Notes: generated from the sequence alone by a model not told the origin. Counted from the stretch's first letter, positions 9,020 to 18,147 are shown. The stretch: 64,000 bases of DNA from an uncultured Chloroflexia bacterium (GCA_963721445.1 CAVRIZ010000008.1:232913-296912), one strand, 5' to 3'. Numbers and translations: made by a program.

Positions 9020-9095
9020 ATTTCTATGTGAAGAAGAGATCACAAATCAAAACCCCAAACCTGTGGCAATTTCAAATAGGTTTGTATAAGATCCT

Positions 9096-10280
9096 GTGAC
9101 AATAGACGGATTTAGGATGAGCGAAGGCACACTGCATCAGCAATCATCTGGTGGAACATTTCATACCGATCCAATCGAGAAGATTGCCAGAGTTAACATT
9201 GAGCCTACCAATCGCTGTAATCTTGACTGTTCCACCTGTATGCGCCATGTTTGGGATGAGGAATTGGGGGTTTTAGATTCCAATCTCTTTGGACAGATCA
9301 TCTCTGGATTGACGGAGTGCGAACCTTTGCCAACCATTTTCATGGGAGGATTTGGTGAACCGTTGTCGCATCCGGAAATCCTCCCTATGATTTCGATGGC
9401 GAAGAAAAACAACTTTCGGGTTGAATTAATTACCAATGGAGTCCTGCTGGACGAAAATATTTCGCGTGGAATAATCGAATATGGATTGGATCGACTATGG
9501 GTATCCATTGATGGAGCGACACCTGGCAGCTATGAGGATGTACGTCTCGGAGACAATTTACCCCGGGTGATCACCAATTTACAGCGGCTACATGAATTGA
9601 AAGAATCGATGGCGAAAAAGATTCCAAGCCTGAGTGTTGCATTCGTAGCTATGCGGAAAAATATCCATGATTTACCTGCTGTCATTGAACTTGGAAAATC
9701 GCTGGACGCAGACCGGTTCTCCATCAGCAATGTCCTCCCGCACACCCCTGAACTAGTCGACCAAATCCTGTATGGGCGTTCCCTAGATGACCTGGAAAGA
9801 CATGATTTTCAGTGGGATTCGGAAATCTCTTTCCCCCGAATAGACCTGGATCCACTTGTTAAGAATGTCCTTGGACGGTTACAAGACGATCAGAATTATT
9901 CAAAGTCTACCAGTCAGAGTAGAACCAGACGGGAGCATCGTTGCCCTTTCATAACGGATGGAAGCATTTCCATCCGTTGGGATGGCGCGGTGAGCCCGTG
10001 TTTGCCGTTGATGCATTCGCATGTCAGCTACCTGGGAGAGACATTTCGAACCAGCAAGGCATACGTCCTCGGGAGTATACAGAATCAATCTTTACTCGAA
10101 GTCTGGAATCTACCAGAATACATCCGCTTGCGTGAGAGACTGCGGATTTTCGATTTCTCGCCTTGTGTGCTCTGCAATAGTTGTGAAATGGCGGAAAACA
10201 ACCAGGAAGATTGTTTTGGCAACATCCATCCCACCTGTGGGGGATGCCTATGGGCGCAAGGTTTTATCCAGTGTCCATAG
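9096..10280 (+). CDS. Radical SAM enzyme with Cys-rich SPASM/twitch-like C-terminal domain
   Basis: CX3CX2C cluster in IEPTNRCNLDCSTCMR; GGFGEPL SAM-binding motif. The C-terminus carries 9 Cys, including CX13GX4C (CPFITDGSISIRWDGAVSPC) and CVLCNSCEMAENNQEDC...CGGC...C. The start may be ATG 9117 rather than GTG 9096. Confidence 0.85.
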   Translation: MTIDGFRMSEGTLHQQSSGGTFHTDPIEKIARVNIEPTNRCNLDCSTCMRHVWDEELGVLDSNLFGQIISGLTECEPLPTIFMGGFGEPLSHPEILPMISMAKKNNFRVELITNGVLLDENISRGIIEYGLDRLWVSIDGATPGSYEDVRLGDNLPRVITNLQRLHELKESMAKKIPSLSVAFVAMRKNIHDLPAVIELGKSLDADRFSISNVLPHTPELVDQILYGRSLDDLERHDFQWDSEISFPRIDLDPLVKNVLGRLQDDQNYSKSTSQSRTRREHRCPFITDGSISIRWDGAVSPCLPLMHSHVSYLGETFRTSKAYVLGSIQNQSLLEVWNLPEYIRLRERLRIFDFSPCVLCNSCEMAENNQEDCFGNIHPTCGGCLWAQGFIQCP

Positions 10281-10318
10281 GAGTGCTTATGTAGGGGTCG
10301 ATTCCATATTCATGAAGC

Positions 10319-11656
10319 TTATATACCTGCAATAACTAACCCGAATAGATACCCCGCCATTGTACTGAAGAGTGCTACCAAACCGACATAGGTTATCGTC
10401 TTTTTTCTGCCCATGATCCCATTCAATACAAGAATGGATTGCAGCGATAGCTCAGGATCTGCCAAGAGATACGCTAGTAACGGACCGCGAGCCATTCCCA
10501 GGTCGAGAAACATTTTGGCAATTGGTACTTCCACCAACGTGGGGAAATACATGAATACTCCAAAAAGGACTCCGATCAAGTTTGCCCAGATCGTATTCTG
10601 CCCGGCAATGGTACGAACCCATGTTTCGGGAATGATAACTTTAATAATACCTGCAGCAAAAACACCGACGATTAACAACGGGAATATTTGTTTTACAAAT
10701 TTCCAGGTCTCCCAGATCCATCCACCCAGTTCATCTTTTGTAAAGTATCTCCCCGCCACCCACCCAATCAAAGGAAGTAGAATGGTTTCTCCAATCAGGC
10801 GACCATTGAGTCCAATTACAAGGGATCCTACCTGCTCCTGTGGAGAAGCAATGAGAATTGTGAGGGCGATGAAGGCAATAGCTGCGTAAGTCCACGTTGA
10901 GAAGCCTTCAAAAATAGTATTAAAGCCCTTCCAGGCAGAGATCCCAATGACGATCAACATAAAAATTAACAAAGCACCCTGAAAGGTCAAATTCATAGAT
11001 GAAAGGAAACTTCCAAATCCCTGATTCAGATCAATAGGAAGATTGATGTGAGCAATCACATTAGTCAAAAGGCCAATTTGCAATGTTCCAACGATTAATA
11101 CGGCAATCAATAATGAGAAGAGCACCCATACCGCCGGTTTGACCTTGGCGGTTTGATCAAATACTCCATTGGCAGCCATCTCGGCGGTCCGCATGTTTTC
11201 TTCCTTGCGAAAAACCCAGGCCATGATCAGCCCTATAACGATGCCAAACAGAAGGGAAAGAACGAGTCTGGATGCGGCGATATCAAACCCGATTGCTGCT
11301 CCGGTGTAGGTGATCGCCAGTATGTTGATCGCCGGACCTACAAATAAAAAGGTGATTGCCGGTCCTAATCCAGCTCCACGCTTCCAGATGCCTGCGAAGA
11401 GTGGAAGAATGGTACAGGAGCACACTGCCAGGATAAATCCGCCGAAAGCTGATGCTGGATAACTGATCCATTTGGAGGCTTTTGGACCTAAGAAGCGGGT
11501 GATCGCTTCTTTAGGAACCATCGAGCTCATGAAACCGGCTATCACAAATGCTGGCACAAGACAGAGCAACACATGTGCAGCCAGATAATCGAGTAGCCCA
11601 GTCCAACCAGACCATAATAATGTGCCTACGTATTGAATGATGTTTTCCATGCGCAC
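10319..11656 (-). CDS. ArsP-type (DUF318/YraQ-like) permease
   Basis: About 10 or more hydrophobic segments. Conserved vicinal-Cys motif AVCSCTILPLFAGIWKRGAG, typical of this permease family. Paired with the thioredoxin-like gene downstream. ATG 11650 is an alternative start. Confidence 0.8.
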   Translation of the reverse strand: MRMENIIQYVGTLLWSGWTGLLDYLAAHVLLCLVPAFVIAGFMSSMVPKEAITRFLGPKASKWISYPASAFGGFILAVCSCTILPLFAGIWKRGAGLGPAITFLFVGPAINILAITYTGAAIGFDIAASRLVLSLLFGIVIGLIMAWVFRKEENMRTAEMAANGVFDQTAKVKPAVWVLFSLLIAVLIVGTLQIGLLTNVIAHINLPIDLNQGFGSFLSSMNLTFQGALLIFMLIVIGISAWKGFNTIFEGFSTWTYAAIAFIALTILIASPQEQVGSLVIGLNGRLIGETILLPLIGWVAGRYFTKDELGGWIWETWKFVKQIFPLLIVGVFAAGIIKVIIPETWVRTIAGQNTIWANLIGVLFGVFMYFPTLVEVPIAKMFLDLGMARGPLLAYLLADPELSLQSILVLNGIMGRKKTITYVGLVALFSTMAGYLFGLVIAGI

Positions 11657-11737
11657 CTGATTAATTGATCATTACATTCAAGATATTGAATATTCTCAAT
11701 CACAAAAAAGGCAGCTTTGAGGAGCTGCCAAAATCGG

Positions 11738-11977
11738 TTATGCTTGTTTCAACCAACCCGCTATTTCAATCTCAGTGGGAATCCTACCAGACGAAACTAT
11801 TTTGTTATTGATCACTAATCCAGGGGTAGCCAGGATCGGCCAATTCATAATCTCTGCCATGTTGGTTACTTTCTCGATCTCAGCTTCCAACTTTAGCTCT
11901 TCGACTACTTTACGAGCATTCGCTTCCAACCGCTTACAGTTGGCACAACCTGAACCAAGGACTTTGATATTGATCAT
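11738..11977 (-). CDS. Small thioredoxin-fold protein (redox-active disulfide protein 2 type)
   Basis: 79 aa, MINIKVLGSGCANCKRLE with a CxxC motif. This is the usual partner of DUF318 permeases. Confidence 0.75.
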   Translation of the reverse strand: MINIKVLGSGCANCKRLEANARKVVEELKLEAEIEKVTNMAEIMNWPILATPGLVINNKIVSSGRIPTEIEIAGWLKQA

Positions 11978-12029
11978 CTTCCATCTCCTATAGCATAATT
12001 CTCGAAATTAAAAATATTTTTGGTAATAA

Positions 12030-12408
12030 TCAACCAATTTCTATTGAACAATGTGGGCAAGGGCAAGACACGGGTTCTGCCTTCTTCGGTTTGGAAACCA
12101 CCCCACTGATTTGTTCTATCATGTCCAGGACCTTGTAAATTTCAGGTTTGGTCACACGGTAAAATATATTCCACCCCTCTCGTCGGTCCTGGATTAAGAT
12201 CGGCATCACGAAGAACTGAAAGCTGCTGGGATATGTAAGCCTGACGATAACCCAAATGTGCCTCCAAGTGACAGACACAATGTTCGCCATCTTGAAGGAT
12301 TCGCAATATTGCGATCCGTGCCGGATGGGTTAAGGCTTTATATATCTGAACATCTTTGTCAGCATTGTCAATTTTGAGGATCGGTCTTTCATTCATATTC
12401 AATTCCAT
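12030..12408 (-). pseudogene. arsR: ArsR/SmtB-family regulator (CVC site, CPCPHC tail), one +1 frameshift near 12198-12204
   Basis: HPARIAILRILQDGEHCVCHLEAHLGYRQAYISQQLSVLRDA continues in the next frame as ILIQDRREGWNIFYRVTKPEIYKVLD...VSCPCPHCSIEIG. Confidence 0.75.
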
Positions 12409-12415
12409 GAATATG

Positions 12416-12445
12416 ATTATATGACTAAGCGAAGAATTCTGTCAA
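12416..12445 (-). promoter_or_regulatory. Promoter of arsR-2; transcript predicted leaderless
   Basis: On the minus strand: TTGACA (12445-12440), 18-nt spacer, TATAAT (12421-12416), then 7 nt to ATG 12408. Confidence 0.5.
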
Positions 12446-12525
12446 GACCGATCAGGCAACACAATTAACCAAAAATCTCTCCTGAAGTCGACCAAAATCG
12501 GGATAATATTGAGTGATCTTTTTCC

Positions 12526-12565
12526 TTGACATCCTTTCCCTATATCGTATAATTACGATATAGGG
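12526..12565 (+). promoter_or_regulatory. Promoter of arsR-3/arsM with overlapping perfect palindromic operator
   Basis: TTGACA (12526-12531), 16-nt spacer, TATAAT (12548-12553). The 28-bp palindrome CCCTATATCGTA-TAAT-TACGATATAGGG (12538-12565) spans the -10 element. Confidence 0.65.
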
Positions 12566-12574
12566 ATTTTCAGA

Positions 12575-12938
12575 ATGAATCTTACTTCCACAATTCGGAA
12601 CTTATCTTCAGATGAAGAGCGTTTAGCTTGCATGCTTAAAGCATTGGGCAATCCAGTTCGTTTTCGGATCATGCAAATACTGTCTGAAAAGCAGATGTGT
12701 ATTACTGGGGAAATTGTGGAATTTACCGAGCTGGCGCAATCGACAACCAGCCAGCATCTTAAAGTTCTTCGGGAGGCAGGACTGATTAAAGGTGATCTCG
12801 ATGGACCGGCCACCTGTTATTGCCTGGATGTATCAGGGTATTCGCTGGTTGAAATCCCAAATCGGTAACTGGTTGCCAACCTGTTGTCCTGACGAGAATT
12901 ACCATTCAAATCGTGTTGATGAATCTGATTGTTGCTAG
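12575..12938 (+). pseudogene. arsR: ArsR/SmtB-family regulator with C-terminal Cys pairs, one +1 frameshift near 12836-12839
   Basis: LKALGNPVRFRIMQIL...STTSQHLKVLREAGLIKGDLDGPATCYCLDVSG continues after a one-base shift as IRWLKSQIGNWLPTCCPDENYHSNRVDESDCC. Confidence 0.75.
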
Positions 12939-12992
12939 TTAATCAGATCACATTTTTCCAAACTACAGGTTAACAGTCCTACAGGAGATCCA

Positions 12993-14566
12993 ATGAATAA
13001 TCCGAACCCATCGTCTGAATATTTTGAACAGGTCGCAAGCCAAGTGGGATTTACTCCGCGCCGGATATTTTACTGAAGCTGTGAGGAATACTGCAATCGA
13101 AAAAGCGCACCTACGGGCTGAAATGATTGTCGCCGATGTAGGCTGCGGGACGGGTTTCATGACCGCTGGATTGGCTCCTTTAGTTCGACAGGTACATTTA
13201 CTGGATGCATCACCTGCCATGCTTCAGGAAGCCAGAAAGAACCTGACCGGGTTACGACAACCTGGTTTTCCACAAAACGGATGGAAGATCTTTACCCCTG
13301 CCAGACTCGAGCGTGGATGTGGTCTTTGCCAATATGTATCTGCATCACTGCCCTGAACCATTGGCGGCAATCCAAGAGATGGTGCGGATCCTCAAACCGG
13401 CGGGACGATTGATCATTACCGATATGGAACCTCACGACAATACCTGGATGAAGGAAGAGATGGCGGATGTCTGGATGGGCTTTTCACATGACCAATTAAG
13501 ATACTGGTATCGAGCAGCGGATCTGGTTAATGTGATCGTTTCTGCCTCTGGTCAAAGCTGCTGTGCAGAAAACTCCTCAGTGGCTACCCGGGAAGAAAAA
13601 ATCGAGATAGGCATCTTCATTGCTTCAGGTTCTAAAAGAATGGCCATGCGCGAGGCAGTCCAGGGAGCTTACGGTGCCCGGGCAGAACTGGGTGGCAGTT
13701 GCTGTGGCAGTAATCCAGATAACGCAACCCTTTATAAAGCCACCTGTTGCGGCGGTTCTTCAGAATCTGTGGAAGAATTATCCAAACCGAGCGGAAGTAC
13801 CTGCTGCCAGAATGATTCCTATCTTCCGGCGGATGGTGTAACCTTCTCTACGGATTACGATTCCGCTGAAAGATCATCCGTCCCACAGGAAGCGGAAGAA
13901 ATATCGTTGGGTTGTGGTAATCCAACGGCTCTTGCGAATCTCAAACCGGGAGAAGTTGTCCTGGATATTGGCAGTGGTGGCGGGATGGATTCATTCCTGG
14001 CTGCCTCCCGGGTTGGACAGGGAGGGCATGTCATTGGTGTCGATATGACTCCAGCCATGGTGACCCGGGCAAAGGCGACCGCAGAAAAATCCGGGATTGG
14101 GAATGTCGAATTCAGACTTGGGCAAGCCGAATCACTCCCGGTGGAAGACAATAGTATCGATGTGATCCTATCCAACTGTGTGATCAACCTGTGCGAAGAC
14201 AAAGGGCTGGTTTTTCAGGAAGCATTCCGGGTACTGAAACCGGGCGGACGACTGGAGGTCAGCGATATGGTAACCGACAAAGCGTTCTCCACTCAATCTC
14301 AAGCCAATTCCGGAGAATGGACTGGTTGTGTATCAGGCGCATTACCTGAGACTGAATATCTCGATCTGATCGAGCAAGCAGGTTTTACAAGGATCAGATC
14401 TCGCCGTAGTTCGAGTGCTGGATTGGTGGAGGATGTACATGTATACAGCACCACCGTATCGGCGGTGAAACCGGCGGAAGAACAAACCTTGAAACGCGAT
14501 CCAGTTGCGGATGCGGCTCTGGGTGTTGTAATTAAAATTCAGATCTTACCATTTCATGTTACGTAG
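12993..14566 (+). pseudogene. arsM: Tandem methyltransferase: class I SAM-MTase domain fused in frame to an As(III) S-adenosylmethionine methyltransferase (ArsM); two +1 frameshifts (near 13042-13044 and 13247-13251)
   Basis: AGGAG lies 5 nt before ATG 12993. N-terminal domain: MNNPNPSSEYFEQVASQ|WDLLRAGYF...VADVGCGTGF...NLTG|YDNLVFHKTDGRSLPLPDSSVDVVFANMYLHH...ILKPAGRLIITD. ArsM part: GGSCCGS, ATCCGG, STCC, LGCGNPTALANLKPGEVVLDIGSGGGMD, SNCVINL, RVLKPGGRLEVSD, WTGCVSGAL. Confidence 0.8.
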
Positions 14567-14645
14567 ACGAACTCCGAATCCAATGAGGATTCGGAGTTCG
14601 ATTCATTTTAAACGGACACCAATATACAATTGGCAATTTTTTTAC

Positions 14646-15068
14646 CTATATCACCAGGATAATAATCCCTCCAACCGTCATTAACATTCCAATGACGGTT
14701 TTGGCAGTCAATGGATCATGCGAGAAGATCAAGCCCATTATCGCGCCAAATAAGGGGGAAGTGAACGCGATCGGCATCACCTGGGTGAGCGGGGCACCTT
14801 TCAGAGCGATATAAAAGCAGAGCATTCCCAACGCACCTGCCACTACCCCACCACCGATGATCATATAGAGGAGAGCTTTCGTTCCAGCCTGCGGGATGGT
14901 TTTCCATTGCGGGTAGCTCACCGCGGCCAGGATTATGAATGCTACAACTGTACGGATGGTGATCCCCACCTGAGGTGAAAGATTCCCCAAATGCAACCCC
15001 TTCTTTTCGAAATACCCACCCACACCCCAGGCGATGGCAGTCAACAAAGCGAAAATCTGTGGTTTCAT
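14646..15068 (-). CDS. Single-EamA-domain (DMT superfamily) small membrane transporter
   Basis: About 140 aa with 4-5 hydrophobic segments; EamA-like pattern AIAWGVGGYFEKKGL... Confidence 0.65.
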   Translation of the reverse strand: MKPQIFALLTAIAWGVGGYFEKKGLHLGNLSPQVGITIRTVVAFIILAAVSYPQWKTIPQAGTKALLYMIIGGGVVAGALGMLCFYIALKGAPLTQVMPIAFTSPLFGAIMGLIFSHDPLTAKTVIGMLMTVGGIIILVI

Positions 15069-15118
15069 CAGCACTCCTCAAAGAAATGATCGATGGTTAT
15101 ATGGCTATGCGCAACTTA

Positions 15119-16474
15119 TTAATCAGCCAGAATCGCGCGAACGATCTCGCGAAATACCGTTGTATGATACTCGACATCCGATCTTGTGGTGGCAGGCGAC
15201 ATCAACGACATATTATGAAAAGGCGTCATCAATATCCCGCGATTTAAATTGGCAAGGTGCATATACCTATCAAGGTCAAAATCGACCGCAGCTTCGGCAT
15301 CACCCCCGTTTCGGGGAGTTTGTTCGCAGAACCAGTATTCAGCTCGGGCACCCAGCCGATTTACAACCCATGGCAAGCCAAACTCATCGATCGCTTTCTG
15401 TACCTGCCTGGCCCACTCCTCAGCCAGTGGGATCATCCGGCTGAATGCTTCTTCCGTAAGTACATGGGATAGTGTCGCTTTCACTGCTGCCAGCGATAGC
15501 GCATTACCCGCCAATGTCCCACCAATACCACCCACATCTGCCTCATCGATCGTGGTGGTCTCGCCAATTCGGTCCGCCACCTCTTGCGTGAAACCATATA
15601 CCCCGACCGGGATTCCACTGCCAATCGGTTTGCCTATGGTAAGCATATCTGGATGGAGATCATGAGCTTTGGTGTATCCACCTGGTCCGGTACAAATGGT
15701 GTGGGTTTCGTCGATGATCAGTAAGGTACCAAATTTACGGGTCAACTCACGTAAAGCATCCAGGTAACCAGGATCGGGGTGAATGATCCCGATATTGGTC
15801 ATCACCGGTTCAGCCAGTACGCAGGCAATGTCACCGGGGGCAAGCGCAGATTCGAGCGCAGCGAGATTATTCCATTCGATCACACGAGTTGTCGTCGCCG
15901 GGTTGACCTGTGGACCGACAGATCCGGGTCTGGGTCCGGGAACTCCATTATTAATGGTGCAGAAAGTCTCATCGACGGTCCCATGGTAACAGTAGTTATA
16001 AACCAGCACATATGGCCGCCCGGTGATATGTCGTGCGATCCGCAAAGCAAAGCGGTTGGCATCGGTAGCGGTGAGCGTGGTCTGCCAATATTTCAAACCA
16101 AACCGGCGTTGCATCTCCTCACCCACCCAGATTGAATCTTCGGTGGGAAGCATATAGGTAATGCCTTTATCGAGTTGTTCCTTTATCAACGATATGGAGC
16201 CATCCGGGGAATGACCTGTCATGGCGCCAGTGTCACCCAGGCAGAAATCCACATACTCATGCCCGTCAACACAGGTAAAATGCGCTCCCTTTGCTGATTT
16301 TACGAATAAAGGAAATCCACCTGCCCACCGCACCATCCAATTCATGGGAACGCCAGCCAATAAACTCGCCTGAGCTCTTTCATATAATGCAAAGGATTTT
16401 GGATGGTGATCTTTATAGTTCTGTAATTCACGGTCAAGGCATTGCTTTAGCTTGTTGCGGTCAATTGTGGCCAT
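15119..16474 (-). CDS. Class III PLP-dependent aminotransferase (glutamate-1-semialdehyde aminomutase-like)
   Basis: Start at MATIDRNKL (16474). Motifs LIIDETHT and TIGKPIGSGIPVG (PLP lysine). Confidence 0.85.
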   Translation of the reverse strand: MATIDRNKLKQCLDRELQNYKDHHPKSFALYERAQASLLAGVPMNWMVRWAGGFPLFVKSAKGAHFTCVDGHEYVDFCLGDTGAMTGHSPDGSISLIKEQLDKGITYMLPTEDSIWVGEEMQRRFGLKYWQTTLTATDANRFALRIARHITGRPYVLVYNYCYHGTVDETFCTINNGVPGPRPGSVGPQVNPATTTRVIEWNNLAALESALAPGDIACVLAEPVMTNIGIIHPDPGYLDALRELTRKFGTLLIIDETHTICTGPGGYTKAHDLHPDMLTIGKPIGSGIPVGVYGFTQEVADRIGETTTIDEADVGGIGGTLAGNALSLAAVKATLSHVLTEEAFSRMIPLAEEWARQVQKAIDEFGLPWVVNRLGARAEYWFCEQTPRNGGDAEAAVDFDLDRYMHLANLNRGILMTPFHNMSLMSPATTRSDVEYHTTVFREIVRAILAD

Positions 16475-16638
16475 ACAGCTACAACCCTCCTGATCGAATT
16501 TGATGAATTTGGATGGGTTAATTATATGCAAGATAGTAGATCAGAAAACAGGCATCCAACAACTAATCCGGGCGTGGATATCCCTGGTATTTTTATGTCG
16601 ATTTAATAAACTTGTAATAAGTTGGTGGGTAAAAACAC

Positions 16639-16667
16639 TTGTATTGTGTTAAAATAGTGGCTATAAT
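16639..16667 (+). promoter_or_regulatory. dcw (mraZ) promoter
   Basis: TTGTAT (16639-16644), 17-nt spacer, TATAAT (16662-16667). Confidence 0.55.
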
Positions 16668-16702
16668 GTGGTAGAAAGTGGTAATAAGTGGGTAATTGTG
16701 GG
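16657..16702 (+). promoter_or_regulatory. Array of five GTGG(G/T) direct repeats at 10-11-bp spacing = candidate MraZ operator
   Basis: GTGG starts at 16657, 16668, 16678, 16688 and 16698, overlapping and following the -10 box. MraZ is known to bind phased GTGGG-type repeats upstream of its own operon. Confidence 0.6.
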
Positions 16703-16751
16703 ACGCCGGTGAAATTTCCGGCGTTCGACCTTAATAAGGACAATAGAACAT

Positions 16752-17189
16752 ATGTTCCTCGGTAGATACGCTCACTCATTTGACGACAAAGGACGCATCG
16801 CAGTACCCACCCGGTTTCGCGATCTCCTCAACGATGGTGCGTACCTTACCCAAGGATTCGATAAGAACTTGATGATCTGGCGGGTGGTTGACTTTGAAAA
16901 GATATACGAGCAGGTCAACAACATGAGCATAACTGATCCGAACGCCCGACTGCTCAAACGTTTGATATTCGCCAATGCGGTCCATGTGGATGTAGACAAA
17001 GTGGGAAGAATACTTGTACCGCAATATTTAAGGGATGCCGTCGACCTTTCAGGCAGTGCTGTCATTGTCGGGGTCGGAGATTATTTTGAAATCTGGTCAC
17101 CCTCTCTTTGGGAAACGCAAAACAACCAGATACAGGACAGTGAAACAAACGCCCAACGCTTCGCAGCACTTAACCTTTCGGCGAAATAA
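16752..17189 (+). CDS. mraZ: Transcriptional regulator MraZ
   Basis: MFLGRYAHSFDDKGRIAVP and second SpoVT/AbrB-like repeat VDKVGRILVPQYLR. First gene of the dcw cluster. Confidence 0.9.
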   Translation: MFLGRYAHSFDDKGRIAVPTRFRDLLNDGAYLTQGFDKNLMIWRVVDFEKIYEQVNNMSITDPNARLLKRLIFANAVHVDVDKVGRILVPQYLRDAVDLSGSAVIVGVGDYFEIWSPSLWETQNNQIQDSETNAQRFAALNLSAK

Positions 17190-17191
17190 TC

Positions 17192-18134
17192 ATGGCAAAA
17201 CAGGTGAACGACTCCAACCAGCCACACCTGCCCGTACTTTACCAAGAGGTAATTCAATATCTTAGTCCAGCCGCACCAGGTAAGTTTGTGGATGGAACGG
17301 TCGGAGCTGGTGGGCATGCTTTTGGAATACTTTCGACGTTTGGATCAAGCAATGAGCTGCTTGGAATAGATCTTGATCCGGTCGCGCTCGAACATGCGAA
17401 TGTCCGCCTACTATCCTTTGGAGAATCAGTTCATCTTCAACAGGGAAGCTATGCAGACATCGCTGACCATCTCCTTCGAATGGGATGGTTGAAAGTGCGC
17501 GGAATTCTGCTCGACCTGGGCGTATCCTCGATGCAATTGGATATGCCCGAGAAGGGTTTTTCCTTCCGGGCAGATGCACCCCTCGACATGCGTTTCAATC
17601 CCTCGGCTCCTCTCACAGGAGCCGAACTCCTTAACGGATCGGATGAATCTAGAAATTTCCCGAATTCTTTGGGAGTATGGCGAGGAAAGGCAGGCGAGGC
17701 GTTTGGCAAAAGCCATCGTAGCAAGGCGACCTGTGGAAACAACCAGCCAATTGGTATCGATCATCGAGAAAACGATCGGATACCACCGAGGCGGTATCCA
17801 CCCGGCAACCCGGACATTCCAGGCTATCCGGATCGCAGTCAATGACGAACTGGGCAATCTGGAAGAATTCCTTCCAAAGGCGGTGGAGGCGTTGGAATCA
17901 GGTGGAAGATTGGCGATCATCTCCTTCCATTCGCTCGAAGATCGAATGGTTAAGCATTATTTTCAGCGTGAAAGCAAGGATTGCATCGAGTCACCTCTAC
18001 CAATCGCCTGTACTTGCGGACATAAAGCAACGGTAAAGATCATCACCCGTCATCCCGTTGAAGCGAGTGAGGAAGAGAAGAGAAATAACCCGCGATCACG
18101 CAGTGCAAAACTAAGAGTTGTGGAACGGCTGTGA
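17192..18134 (+). pseudogene. rsmH: 16S rRNA m4C1402 methyltransferase RsmH, one +1 frameshift near 17636-17643
   Basis: HLPVLYQEV...DGTVGAGGH...DLGVSSMQLDMPEKGFSFRADAPLDMRF...AELLNGS | MNLEISRILWEYGEERQARRLAKAIV...HPATRTFQAIRIAVNDEL...ISFHSLEDRMVK...NPRSRSAKLRV. Confidence 0.85.
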
Positions 18135-18147
18135 GATGGCATGAGAT

